Shown in pieces: positions 9,336 to 19,071 of a stretch of DNA of 64,000 nucleotides. The DNA lies in the NCBI GenBank assembly GCA_965226495.1, contig OZ245365.1, forward strand, positions 1,984,001 to 2,048,000, in the 5' to 3' direction. The stretch comes from Candidatus Marinacidobacterales bacterium (GTDB lineage Bacteria > Acidobacteriota > Vicinamibacteria > Marinacidobacterales > DATDRI01). The notes beneath the pieces are model-generated. The model had not been told where the DNA came from. It did no database searches and saw nothing but the letters and a program-made list of their open reading frames with translations. The number at the start of each line of letters is the position of its first letter. The stretch's first letter is position 1. Both the position numbers and the translations under genes were made by a program.

Positions 9336-10280
9336 ATGACCAAGAAGGCAGTTGTCGCTATCGGCGGGAATGCACTGATCCGCCCTGACCAAGCGGGAAC
9401 TATCCCTGAGCAAAGGGCGAACGCCGAAATGGCCCTTCGAAACCTCGTTCCGCTCGTCGAACAAGGGTTTCACTTGATACTCACCCACGGCAACGGCCCT
9501 CAGGTCGGCAATCGTCTGCTGAGAGTAGAAATTTCCGCGGCCCAAGTAGAGCCATTGACGCTCGAACAGTGCGTCGCAGATTCCGAAGGCGGAATGGGTT
9601 TCATGCTGCAGCAGGTCATGGGCAATGTGCTCCGGGAACGGGGAATCGATCGACCGGTAGGAACGGTCGTGACTCAAGTCGTCGTAAACTCCGACGACCC
9701 GGCCTTCGATCACCCGACGAAGCCGATTGGGTTTTTCTACCGTAAAGAGCTTGCGGAAGTACTGCGAGCGCAGAAAGGGTGGACTTTGATCGAGGAACCC
9801 GGCCGCGGCTACCGACGGGTCGTCGCTTCGCCTCTCCCGCAACGGATCGTCGAGCTCCCGGTCATCCGCGCCCTGGTAGATGCGGGAGTCATCGTGATAG
9901 CTGCGGGAGGAGGGGGCATACCGGTCGTGATGGATGAGGGCGGGACGATTCGGGGAGTCGAAGCGGTCATCGACAAGGATCGCGCCTCCAGCTTGCTGGC
10001 CAAGGAAATTGGAGCCGACCTGTTCTTGATCGCGACGGGGGTCGAAAGAGTGTTTCTCAAGTACGGCGAGCCCGACGAGCGGCCTCTGGCCGAGGTCAGC
10101 GTGGATGAAGTCGAAGCTTATTTGAAGGAAGGGCACTTCCCGGCGGGCAGCATGGGGCCCAAGACCGAGGCGGCCATCGATTATCTGCGCGGAGGAGGTC
10201 GCGAAGTGTTGATCGCGGATATAGCGTGCGTTCAACGCGCGCTTCGCGGCGAGGGCGGAACCCGAATCTTGCCGGCATAG
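9336..10280 (+). CDS. arcC: Carbamate kinase
   Basis: AIGGNAL, THGNGPQVG, PTKPIG, RRVVASP, GGGGIPV, AVIDKD, GSMGPK. Confidence 0.95.
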   Translation: MTKKAVVAIGGNALIRPDQAGTIPEQRANAEMALRNLVPLVEQGFHLILTHGNGPQVGNRLLRVEISAAQVEPLTLEQCVADSEGGMGFMLQQVMGNVLRERGIDRPVGTVVTQVVVNSDDPAFDHPTKPIGFFYRKELAEVLRAQKGWTLIEEPGRGYRRVVASPLPQRIVELPVIRALVDAGVIVIAAGGGGIPVVMDEGGTIRGVEAVIDKDRASSLLAKEIGADLFLIATGVERVFLKYGEPDERPLAEVSVDEVEAYLKEGHFPAGSMGPKTEAAIDYLRGGGREVLIADIACVQRALRGEGGTRILPA

Positions 10281-10348
10281 CGCTTTTCTTTTTTTTGCTT
10301 CTAGATTCTTCTTTTCATCGCTTGTCGCAAAATCCTTCAAGTTTTTTC

Positions 10349-10377
10349 TCGACCTGCCCCAAGATATTGGGTAGAAT
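10349..10377 (+). promoter_or_regulatory. Putative promoter for hpt copy 1
   Basis: TCGACC, 17 bp, TAGAAT. Confidence 0.4.
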
Positions 10378-10418
10378 CTCGCACCATAAACTAGATCTTG
10401 GGGGTACGGAGGTGAATC

Positions 10419-10958
10419 TTGTCACGTGGCGATCTCCCAGTCTTGATCGAGGAAAACCGGATTCAACGCCGAGTGGGGCAGATGGCGGAGGAGATTGCCC
10501 GGGACTTCACCGGGAACGACCTGCATATGGTGGGCGTACTTCGAGGGGCTTACCAGTTCACCCAGGATCTCTCGACGAGGATCGGTCTCCCGCACACCGT
10601 GGACTACATCTCGGTAGCCAGCTACGGACAAGGAACGACATCCTCGGGACAGTTGCAGCTTCGCATGGATATGTCCAAGCCGGTGGTGGGGAAAGACGTT
10701 TTGCTCGTCGATGACATCGTAGACACCGGACTCACCTTGAGCTGGTTAGTAGATTACATGAGGACCCACAACCCCCGGTCCGTTCGCACGTGCTGCTTTT
10801 TGGACAAGCCGTCGCGACGGCAGGTGCCGGTTCCGACCGACTACATCGGATTTCCGATCGAGGATGTGTTCGTCGTCGGTTACGGGCTGGACTACCAGGA
10901 GAAGTATCGGGAGTTGCCGTTCATCTCGTGTGTTTCCCCGAAGGAGATTTTGGTCTAG
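10419..10958 (+). CDS. hpt: Hypoxanthine phosphoribosyltransferase (copy 1)
   Basis: GVLRGA, VLLVDDIVDTGLTL, LDKPSRR, FVVGYGLD. Confidence 0.93.
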   Translation: MSRGDLPVLIEENRIQRRVGQMAEEIARDFTGNDLHMVGVLRGAYQFTQDLSTRIGLPHTVDYISVASYGQGTTSSGQLQLRMDMSKPVVGKDVLLVDDIVDTGLTLSWLVDYMRTHNPRSVRTCCFLDKPSRRQVPVPTDYIGFPIEDVFVVGYGLDYQEKYRELPFISCVSPKEILV

Positions 10959-10969
10959 CCGCGCGCTTT

Positions 10970-10996
10970 GCCGGCTAAGCCGGCTTAGCCGGCTTA
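10970..10996. repeat. Perfect 24-bp palindrome built from 9-bp units at the convergent hpt/deoC junction (probable bidirectional terminator)
   Basis: GCCGGCTAAGCCGGCTTAGCCGGC (10970-10993) is its own reverse complement. Confidence 0.75.
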
Positions 10997-11847
10997 GAAC
11001 GACCCGCTTCTTGTAAGATTCGAATGCCTGCACTGGCGCCGATGCGCGTGGCCCCCGCCTCGACCATCTTAGTAGCGGTAGCAGCGTCTCTGACTCCACC
11101 CGCCGCCTTGACTCCAATCTTTTCCCCCACGACCTGACGCATCAAAGCCACATCTTCCACCGTCGCTCCGCCGGGGCCGAATCCTGTCGAGGTCTTGACG
11201 AAGTCGGCTCCCGCTGCCGCGGTCAACGTGCTCGCCTTGATCTTCTCCTCTTGGTTCAAAAGCGCCGCCTCGATGATGACCTTCGACAAAGCGCCGGCCT
11301 CCTGGCAACAGCAGACGACTCCCACGATGTCCGACTCGACCAGCTTGTAGTCCTTTGACTTCAAGGCGCCCACGTTGATAACCATATCGATTTCCGTCGC
11401 GCCATCGAAAAGAGCACGTCGCGTCTCGTAGATCTTGACGTCCGCGGTGTTGGCGCCTAGGGGGAACCCGACCACGGTACAGACACCTACCGGAGTACCC
11501 TTCAATAGGGAAGACGCGAGCCGAACCCAAGTCGGGTTCACGCACACGGTTGCGAATCCGTATTGTGCGGCTTCCTCGCATAGTTTCCGGATCTGGGTCT
11601 CGGTGGCATCGGGCTTGAGAAGGGTGTGGTCGATCATGCGCCCGAGCGATGTACCGTGATGCTCGGGATCGGCGTGGAGTCCCAGTCGTTCCGCACCGCC
11701 GTCAACGAGTCCGCGGATCACGTTGGGGCAGCGGCTGAGGCCAATCTCGTGACAGTGGCAGGTGCCTTCCGCTTCTATCTGCGCAAGGATGGCGCGGGTG
11801 ATGGACTCGGTTAGAGCGTCGAGTTCCTCTCGAGAGATCAAGGTCAA
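10975..11847 (-). CDS. deoC: Deoxyribose-phosphate aldolase with about 65-aa N-terminal extension
   Basis: IDHTLLKP, VVGFPLG, EIDMVIN, KVIIE, FVKTSTGF, VKAAGGVR, RIGAS. Confidence 0.95.
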   Translation of the reverse strand: MTLISREELDALTESITRAILAQIEAEGTCHCHEIGLSRCPNVIRGLVDGGAERLGLHADPEHHGTSLGRMIDHTLLKPDATETQIRKLCEEAAQYGFATVCVNPTWVRLASSLLKGTPVGVCTVVGFPLGANTADVKIYETRRALFDGATEIDMVINVGALKSKDYKLVESDIVGVVCCCQEAGALSKVIIEAALLNQEEKIKASTLTAAAGADFVKTSTGFGPGGATVEDVALMRQVVGEKIGVKAAGGVRDAATATKMVEAGATRIGASAGIRILQEAGRSKPAKPA

Positions 11848-12488
11848 ACTCCTCGGTAGTACTTTCGCTCAACTCGAACTATCTTGCGAACCCGTCGTCG
11901 GTGCCGCTCTTCGGTCATCTCGGAGGCCAGAAAAGCCTTCACCACCAGAGCCATCTTTTCCTTGGAGATCATTCGAGCTCCGAGCGTTAGAACGTTGGCG
12001 TCGTTGTGCTCGCGACTGTTGCGGGCGGTGGCTTCGTCAGGGCACGACGCCGCCCGAACACCGGGGACTTTGTTTGCAGTCATCGCCGAACCGATCCCCG
12101 CGCCGTCGACGACGATGCCGAGCTCCGCGTTCCCTACTGCTACCGCCAGAGCCACGGCGTGAGCGACGTCGGGATAGTCGACGGGCTCGGTGGAGTTGGT
12201 ACCGTAGTCGACGAAGCTTTCGCCCATTTCGGACAGAAGGGCCTTGACCGCCTCTTTCATTTCGTAACCGCCGTGATCGGATCCAACAGCGATTCGCCCC
12301 TTTTGAGCGGGCTTAGCTTGAGACTTACCTTCGCGAACGACGCGAATCTGCTTTTTTTCGATCCATTCGCGGGCGATGTCGGTAACGATGGCGCCCTTCG
12401 GCAAATCCAAGATGGCTCCATGCGGTAGAGACTGAACGTCCTCTCCCGTGATGAATCGACGGTTCTGCTTTTCTAAGGGAGGGGCCAT
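11844..12488 (-). CDS. rpiB: Ribose-5-phosphate isomerase B with extra N-terminal domain
   Basis: GSDHGG, DYPD, DGAGIGSAMTANKVPGVRAA, SREHNDANVLTLG, RHRRRV. Confidence 0.92.
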   Translation of the reverse strand: MAPPLEKQNRRFITGEDVQSLPHGAILDLPKGAIVTDIAREWIEKKQIRVVREGKSQAKPAQKGRIAVGSDHGGYEMKEAVKALLSEMGESFVDYGTNSTEPVDYPDVAHAVALAVAVGNAELGIVVDGAGIGSAMTANKVPGVRAASCPDEATARNSREHNDANVLTLGARMISKEKMALVVKAFLASEMTEERHRRRVRKIVRVERKYYRGV

Positions 12489-12489
12489 C

Positions 12490-14039
12490 TCAGCGTGATG
12501 CGGCCGGAGAGCTCTCGCGGACGATGAATTCGGTCTCGGTCTCGGCTTGCTCGCCCGTCACTTCGTCGGTCACCCGCACCCTCAACGTATATTGTCCGGC
12601 CGAACACTTCCGGAGGGGAATGGATGCCGAGATGCCGGCGGGCTCGGAGGTGGGGAAGAGATGACTCGCCGGAACCCCCATGAAGAGTCGGCCGTATCTC
12701 ATGATGAAGAAGTCCACCTTGAGTCTCTGCTTGTCGTCGGGTCCCGGTGTCGCTCCGTACGCTTCTAGATACATGCTCAGGCTCTCGTCGGTTTGGAACG
12801 TTATGTCGAAACTGGGACGACTCGCACGGTCCCGAACTGAAAAGGGCTCGCCGTCGATAGCGTCGCTGGAACGAGGGCGCGGGCCAACACCAGGTTGCCC
12901 AGCGAGAGGGCCTGTTGTTGTGCGGGCGCGCGGACGTCCAGCGGTCGCTCCGAGCTTCCGATCTTGTTCTGCTCGTTGTCCCTTATCAAGGCCTGCAGTT
13001 TGTAGGCCCCGGGAGCGACTTCCAGTTTCTCCTCAATGAAGAGCTTGTGATTCGCGGCGTCGGCATACTGGCCCTTGGTCAAACTAAAAACGAGGTGATT
13101 CTGAATGATGGCCGCTTCCTCTCCCTCTCCATCGACTAGCCGAATCACATAGTCGAGATCGAAAACCATCTTTTCTGCGTCGAGCTGGGAAGCGAGCTCT
13201 TGGTAAGGGACAGCCAAACCCACTGGAACCGTCACCTTGCCGTTTTCGATGTGCTGGGCACCGGTGGCTACTCCGACCGACAGACGGGCAAAGGTCACCC
13301 TGGCGTCCACCACTTCACCCAACGGTTGCAAGGTGCGCTCCGGCCGTTGGATCTCTTGGAGCTGCTCTTGCAGATCGAACTCGTTCATGGTCAATTGAGT
13401 GGGGTCGGTCCCGTACTTCTCCCCGCCCGTCTGCAGATCTTCCACGCCACCCGTCTGCCGGCGCATGGCCCAGGCATGAAGTGGCGTCTCGGCTACTCCG
13501 AAGATGGTAGCCACCGGGGCCGATGTGTCGATGTCGGATACGATCTCGAACTCGCCGGTTCCCTTGAAATCGACGAACTTGATGTCGAGGCTTGGGGGTA
13601 TCTGGGGTATGTCGAGGTTGTTGTAGGTCCAGATCTCGGATGGCCGCTCGTATGCCGTGCGGCCCATCGGATTTTGCTGGATGGAGTGAGGCGGGCCCAG
13701 CAACAAGTAGATGCGGCCTCGATCCGTTGCCCACCCGGGCTTTCCCGCCGAGAAGGCTTTCGTCGCATAGAAGAACCGTTGGAAGTAATCGCGGCGATAC
13801 TCGTTCTCCGGCGTCGGGTCACGGCGCCGCCAAAACTGCTCGATGAAAAGCAGCCGCTCTTCATCGGTGGTCATGGCCTTGTACTGGTCGCGCTCCCCGT
13901 CGGTGATGATCCAGCGAATGTACTGATCCGACCACCGCTCGAGAAGTTTCGATAGCTCTTCGCCGCCGATCGTGTCGGGTACATGCGCGCCAACGCCTGG
14001 CGAAGCGAAGCTCAGAGCGAAAGTAAGGAGCAAAATCAT
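12490..14039 (-). CDS. GWxTD domain-containing exported protein; one frameshift near 12815
   Basis: FIEQFWRRRDPTP...GWATDRGRIYLLLGPP. ORFs 12801-14156 and 12490-12774 join (VVPSFDITFQTDESLSMYLEA) if one base is restored in a C run. Confidence 0.85.
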
Positions 14040-14049
14040 CGAGGGATGG

Positions 14050-14078
14050 AGTTTATTTCCGACCGCGACGAGTGTCAA
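14050..14078 (-). promoter_or_regulatory. Sigma70-type promoter for the GWxTD-rpiB-deoC unit
   Basis: Minus strand TTGACA (14078-14073), 17 bp, TAAACT (14055-14050). Confidence 0.55.
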
Positions 14079-14258
14079 ACAGCAACGAACAAAACCTTTC
14101 TTGTTCTCCAATCGGTGACATTGTATACAGTCGACCTCGGAATTAGTCTGATGCAAAGGGCGCTAATTTATCGTCAGACTTAGATCCAAACATTTCGAAC
14201 ACTGCTGATTCAGATGTCCGTACTTATCCACTCACGTGCATGCATCGAAGGGGGTCCT

Positions 14259-17231
14259 ATGTCTGTGAAACGCTGTCTTGAAGCGACGCTGGTGGTAGCG
14301 CTGCTGACATTCATTAGTACCCCGGCTCTTCCACAAGCCGGTGTGACCCTCGGTACCATCGAGGGTACGGTGCGCGACTCGACCGGCGGTGTACTCCCGG
14401 GTGCAACGGTCACGATTCGTAACATCGAGACCGGGTTCACTCGCGTTGTCGTCACGGCAGGAAACGGTCTCTTCCGAGCTCCGCTACTTCCGGTTGGTGA
14501 CTACGTGGCGACCATCGAGCTCGCCGGATTCAAGACCATGGTGCAGGAAGGCATCATTCTTTCGATCTCGGCGACGGTGACGCTGCCCAACCTCACCATG
14601 GAAGTGGCCACGGTAGAGGAAACCGTTACCGTCACGTCCGAATCGCCGATTGTGGAAACCAATCGAGGCGTGCAGTCGGCCACCATCCGAGACCAGGCCA
14701 TCTCCAGTCTGCCGACCAAATCGCGCGACTTCCAGGACATGGCAGTATTGACTCCCACCGTCATCAAGGAGTTCGATCGCGGCACGATCTCCATGGGGGG
14801 GCAGAAGGGCATCGACACCAACATCACGCTCGACGGTGCCGACTTCAACAATTCCTTCTTCGGCAACGCAGCGGGCAGCCCGAGTCCCAGCAGTTTGTCA
14901 TTGCCCAGGAGGCCGTCGAGGAGTTCCAGGCTTTGGCCAACGGTTACACCGCGGAGTTTGGCCGGGCCGGTGGCGGTATTTTGAACGTGGTCACCAAGTC
15001 GGGGACCAACGCGCTCAAAGGGAGCGCGTTCTACTTCGGCCGCGACCAGGCCCTAAAGGGCACGTTGACCAACTTCCGGGGTGGTGACATCCCAATACCG
15101 ACTTCAACCAGAAGCAATTCGGCGGAAGCGTCGGGGGGCCGATCGTGACCGATAAGGCGCACTATTTCTTTGCCCTCGAACGATCGAACTTGACGAATCC
15201 CTTCGAGGTCTTGTTCGATCGGCCCACCGCCGGCGTTTCGAACGTGGCGCGCTTCGGCATGCCAATTTCCGGAGTCGACCTCATCGCGGGGGAGCAAGGC
15301 CAGTTCGACAGCCAAACGAAGCTCTTGGCGATCCTCGGTAAAGTCGACTTTCAGATCAACGACAGCAATACATTCACCGTCCGTTACAACTTCAGCAAGT
15401 TCCAGGGTGTCAACTTCGGTGCGAGCACCGTCGACAGCGATGCGCTGGGCATGACCGAGGACACCAGCGATACGTCTAATTCGCTCGTCGCCTCCAACAC
15501 CACCGTCATCGGCACCAACAAGTTCAATGAGTTCCGGTTCCAGTACGCCATCGAGGATCGGCCGCGTCTGGGTACGTCCAACGAGGTACCCACAATGTCG
15601 AGATCCGGGACTGCTGCCAGTGGGTCGTCAGGGCTTTCTGCCGATTACGTCCGAGCACACGCGGATTCAGTTCTCGGACAATTTCACGTACCTGTTCGAG
15701 AGCCATGACTTGAAGGTCGGTGTCGACATGAACTTCACGAACGACAATCAGACCTTCATCGGCTTTTCCGGCGGCGAGTACGAGTTCAGCACGCTGGAGG
15801 ACTATCTGGCGGATCCGCAAGTCATTCGCAGCTTCCAACAGCGCGTGGGACTGAACGGCTTCACCACCGAGGAGTCCGGCACCATCGACTTCTGGCGGAG
15901 CGATATCGCTTTCTACGTCCAGGATAACTGGAGGCCGAGGCCCGACTTGAACGTCAATATAGGCCTGCGCTGGACGGGAACCAACAATCCTACCGTTCCA
16001 GAAATGGAGGGCGGAAAACTGGCCATAAACCCCGCGAATCCGGGCGGCGTCTTCGATCTCACACAGCACTTCATCCCCAACGACTACAACCAGTGGGCAC
16101 CGCGCCTCTTCGTCGCCTGGGATCCCCAAAACGATGGAAAGCAAGTCGTCTCCGTTTAGGCGGGGGCATCTTTTACTCCAAGACACCCGCGCTTCTGTTC
16201 GCCCAGATCTTCACCGACAACGGATACCGGCAGGGCATCGTGTTTCGGAACAACCCGGACCCCACCGAGTTGGTGTTCCCGAACATATTGCCGGAGGACG
16301 GGATCCCGGCGGATTCTCCCATCAATGATGAGCTTCCCCCCTCGACATCGCCATCTTCTCGCCCAACTATAGAAATCCGCAGGTGCAACGGTTCAACGTT
16401 GGCTATGAGAAGGAGTTGGCGCCGAACTTCTCGGTGGGTGTGGACTATGTCTATGCGCACTCCATCCGGCAGCAGCGACGGCGGGACATCAACCTGGACA
16501 ACCCCACCGAGTTCGATGAGCTCGGCAGGGGTCTCTTCGATGAAAACGATCGCCCCGACCCCAATTACCGCCGGTTCCCCTTCACCGAGTCGAATGCCAA
16601 TGGTCGCTACCAGGCGATCATCTTCCAGGTCAGGAGACGGGCCACCGGGAACATCCTCTTTCAATTCTTCTACACCTATTCGGTGAACAACTCCGAAGAC
16701 GACAACGAGCGGAGCGCCGGCGGGATTAACCCGTCACAGCCTGAGAACCTGGGGGTGGACTGGGGCGACTCCGATCGTGGCGTTCGGCATCGTTGGGTCT
16801 CCAACGTGGTGGTCGATCTGCCCGCCAACTTCAAAGTGGCGACAGGAATTGTTTACAACTCCGGCCGTCCCTTCAACGTGTTCTCGGGGAGGGATAACAA
16901 CGGTGACGATCGATTCAACGACCGGGCGTTTATCGACGACTCCAATCGACAGAGGGGCATCGACGCGGGCCAGGATTTACCCGACGGCCTCCAGCTCCGG
17001 AACAGCGCCCGGCAACCTAGGTTTTTCAAGATCGATATGCGTATTACCTGGTCCGCGGTATTCGGCGGCGGCGGCCACAATATCGATCTCATGTTGGATC
17101 TTTTCAACCTCACCAACGATGCGAATCGCTTTCAATCGGGCAACGACAGGTACGATCTGTCCACTTTCGGTGTGCTGAACCGGGTAGGAGACTCCTTCCA
17201 GGCGCAGTTCGGAGCTCGCTACCGCTTCTAG
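14259..17231 (+). CDS. TonB-dependent receptor (Oar/carboxypeptidase-regulatory-like type), about 990 aa, split by six -1 frameshifts
   Basis: Signal peptide, GTVRDSTGGVLPGATV, VEEFQ...YTAEFGRAGGG.LNVVTKSGTN, YVQDNW, WAPRL, C-terminal QFGARYRF. Pieces lie in ORFs 14214, 14933, 15145, 15527, 16093 and 16383. Confidence 0.9.
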
Positions 17232-17250
17232 TCGTTCTTCTGCTTCGTTC

Positions 17251-17292
17251 TTGGCTGGCTCCGCCCTTGTGGCGGGGCCAGCCAATTTTTTT
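17251..17292 (+). terminator. Rho-independent terminator after the TBDR
   Basis: TTGGCTGGCTCCGCC-cttgt-GGCGGGGCCAGCCAA then T7. Confidence 0.8.
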
Positions 17293-17318
17293 GGCGTGCC
17301 GGTTTACAAGCGGGGCGG

Positions 17319-19029
17319 GTGGAAGAAGCTGTTAGCGTGGAAATCTCAACCGTCCGCACAAACTTGCTCCTGCTGGTCTTGTTCGCGTCGGCAGTCTTGA
17401 CGTTCGCCTCGTCCCCGCCGCAGGGGAAACTGCGATTCGCCGAAATGGTCGATGCCTCAGGGATCACTTACCGAAACATAAGCGGCGACGCCGAAAAACG
17501 TTTCATTCACGGCTCCCTGGGAAGCGGAGCAGGGTTGATGGACTATGACCAGGACGGAGATCTCGATGTTTATTTCGTTAATGGCGCTGGACTCGATGGC
17601 ACCCGCATCGTCGAGGCTGGTCCCAACCGGCTATATCGCAATGAAGGTAATTGGTCCTTCCGCGACGTGACGGAACAAGCGGGAGTCGCTCACAGCGGCT
17701 GGGGCGTCGGTTGCACTGTGGGAGATTACGACAACGACGGCCTCAGTGATCTCTATGTCACCAATATCGGAGCCAACGTGCTCTTCAGAAAGCAAGGAGA
17801 TGGCACCTTCAGAAACGCAACCAACGAAACCGGTGTCGGCCACCCGGTGGGGAACGAGCAGCGCTTTCTTCGACGCCGATGGAAATCTCGATCTCTATGT
17901 GGCCAACTACGTCGATCCCGATCTAACCAAGCTTCCGCTACCGGGAACCGGCCCAACCTGCCGGTGGTTTCAGCTTGACGTGTTCTGCGGCCCGAAGGGA
18001 TTGATGGGTGCCACCGACGTGTTTTATCGAAACCGAGGCGATGGCTCCTTCGCCGATGCGACGCGCGAAGCCGGGTTCTTGGACTCGAAGGGCGCTTATG
18101 GTCTCGGTGTGGTCACTCTGGACTACGACGGAGACGACGATACCGACCTCTATGTCGCCAACGACTCGATGCCCAATTTCGTCTTCCGAAACGACGGTAA
18201 CGGCCATTTCCAAGAAGTGGGTTTACTCTCCGGCGCCGCCTACAATGCCTCCGGCTCGCCCGAGGCGGGAATGGGGGTCGACGTCGCGGACCTCGACGCT
18301 AACGGGCTTCCCGACATCTTCGTAACCAACTTCGCCAATGAGACCAATACGCTCTATTCCAACGAAGGAAACGGAATCTTCCTCGACCTTACTAGCGAGA
18401 CTAGCCTGGAAATGGCCAGCCTCCCGTTGCTCGGCTGGGCCACGCGGTTCGTAGACTTGGACAACGACGGGGATGAAGACCTCTTCGTCGCCAACGGCCA
18501 CGTATACCTCCAGATTGATGCGGGCGAGTATCGACAGCGAAACCAAGTCTTCTTGAACCAGGGGCAGAGAGAGTTCGTAGAAAGTGTCTTCGCGACCGGA
18601 GATGTCCTGGAGCAGAGAGCCTCTAGCCGAGGAGGAGCTTTCGGCGACATTGATAATGATGGGGACACCGACATCGTCATCATCAATATCGATGATATCC
18701 CGTCGCTCTTACAAAACGAGACCGGCGATCAGGGACATTGGATCGCCCTCCAGGTGGTGGGGACGACCAGCAATCGCGATGGTATCGGGGCGCGGATCGT
18801 TCTGACCACCGGCAACCGACGACAAACCAAGGAAATACATCCGTCCGGAAGCTTTCTCTCTTCGAGCGATCTCCGGCTCTACTTCGGTATGGGCGAATTC
18901 GCGAGGGCGGACGAGATCCGCATCATCTGGCCCCACGGCGACGAGCAGCGAATCCACGGGGCACCTGCCGGCCAGATTCTCTTGGTTGTGGAAGGCTGGG
19001 AGGATGCGGCACGCCCGCTAAAGCCTTAG
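17319..19029 (+). CDS. CRTAC1-family protein (FG-GAP/VCBS repeats plus ASPIC/UnbV domain); frameshift near 17845
   Basis: Repeated DYDxDGDxDxY motifs, AGMGVD, SNRDGIGARI, SFLSSSDLRLYFG. ORFs 17319-17978 and 17746-19029 form one gene. Confidence 0.88.
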
Positions 19030-19071
19030 AATTTCTTCTTTCATCCCCGCACCGTAGAATGCATTCGAACT

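Noticed and set aside
4360-10280. Selenocysteine (UGA) read-through in the selenium-associated cluster
   Set aside because: All ORFs look full length and I saw no in-frame TGA at a conserved Cys position. YqeC relates to a labile selenium cofactor, not to Sec.
10350-10405. Purine riboswitch upstream of hpt (GAUAUUGG and CCAUAAA resemble the L2/L3 loops)
   Set aside because: The conserved J2/3 UUUCUAC junction and P1 are missing, and the segment overlaps a likely promoter.
14259-17231. Programmed frameshifting or several separate small genes in the TBDR region
   Set aside because: The fragments join into one canonical receptor. Six successive programmed shifts are implausible and there are no slippery heptamers at the breaks.
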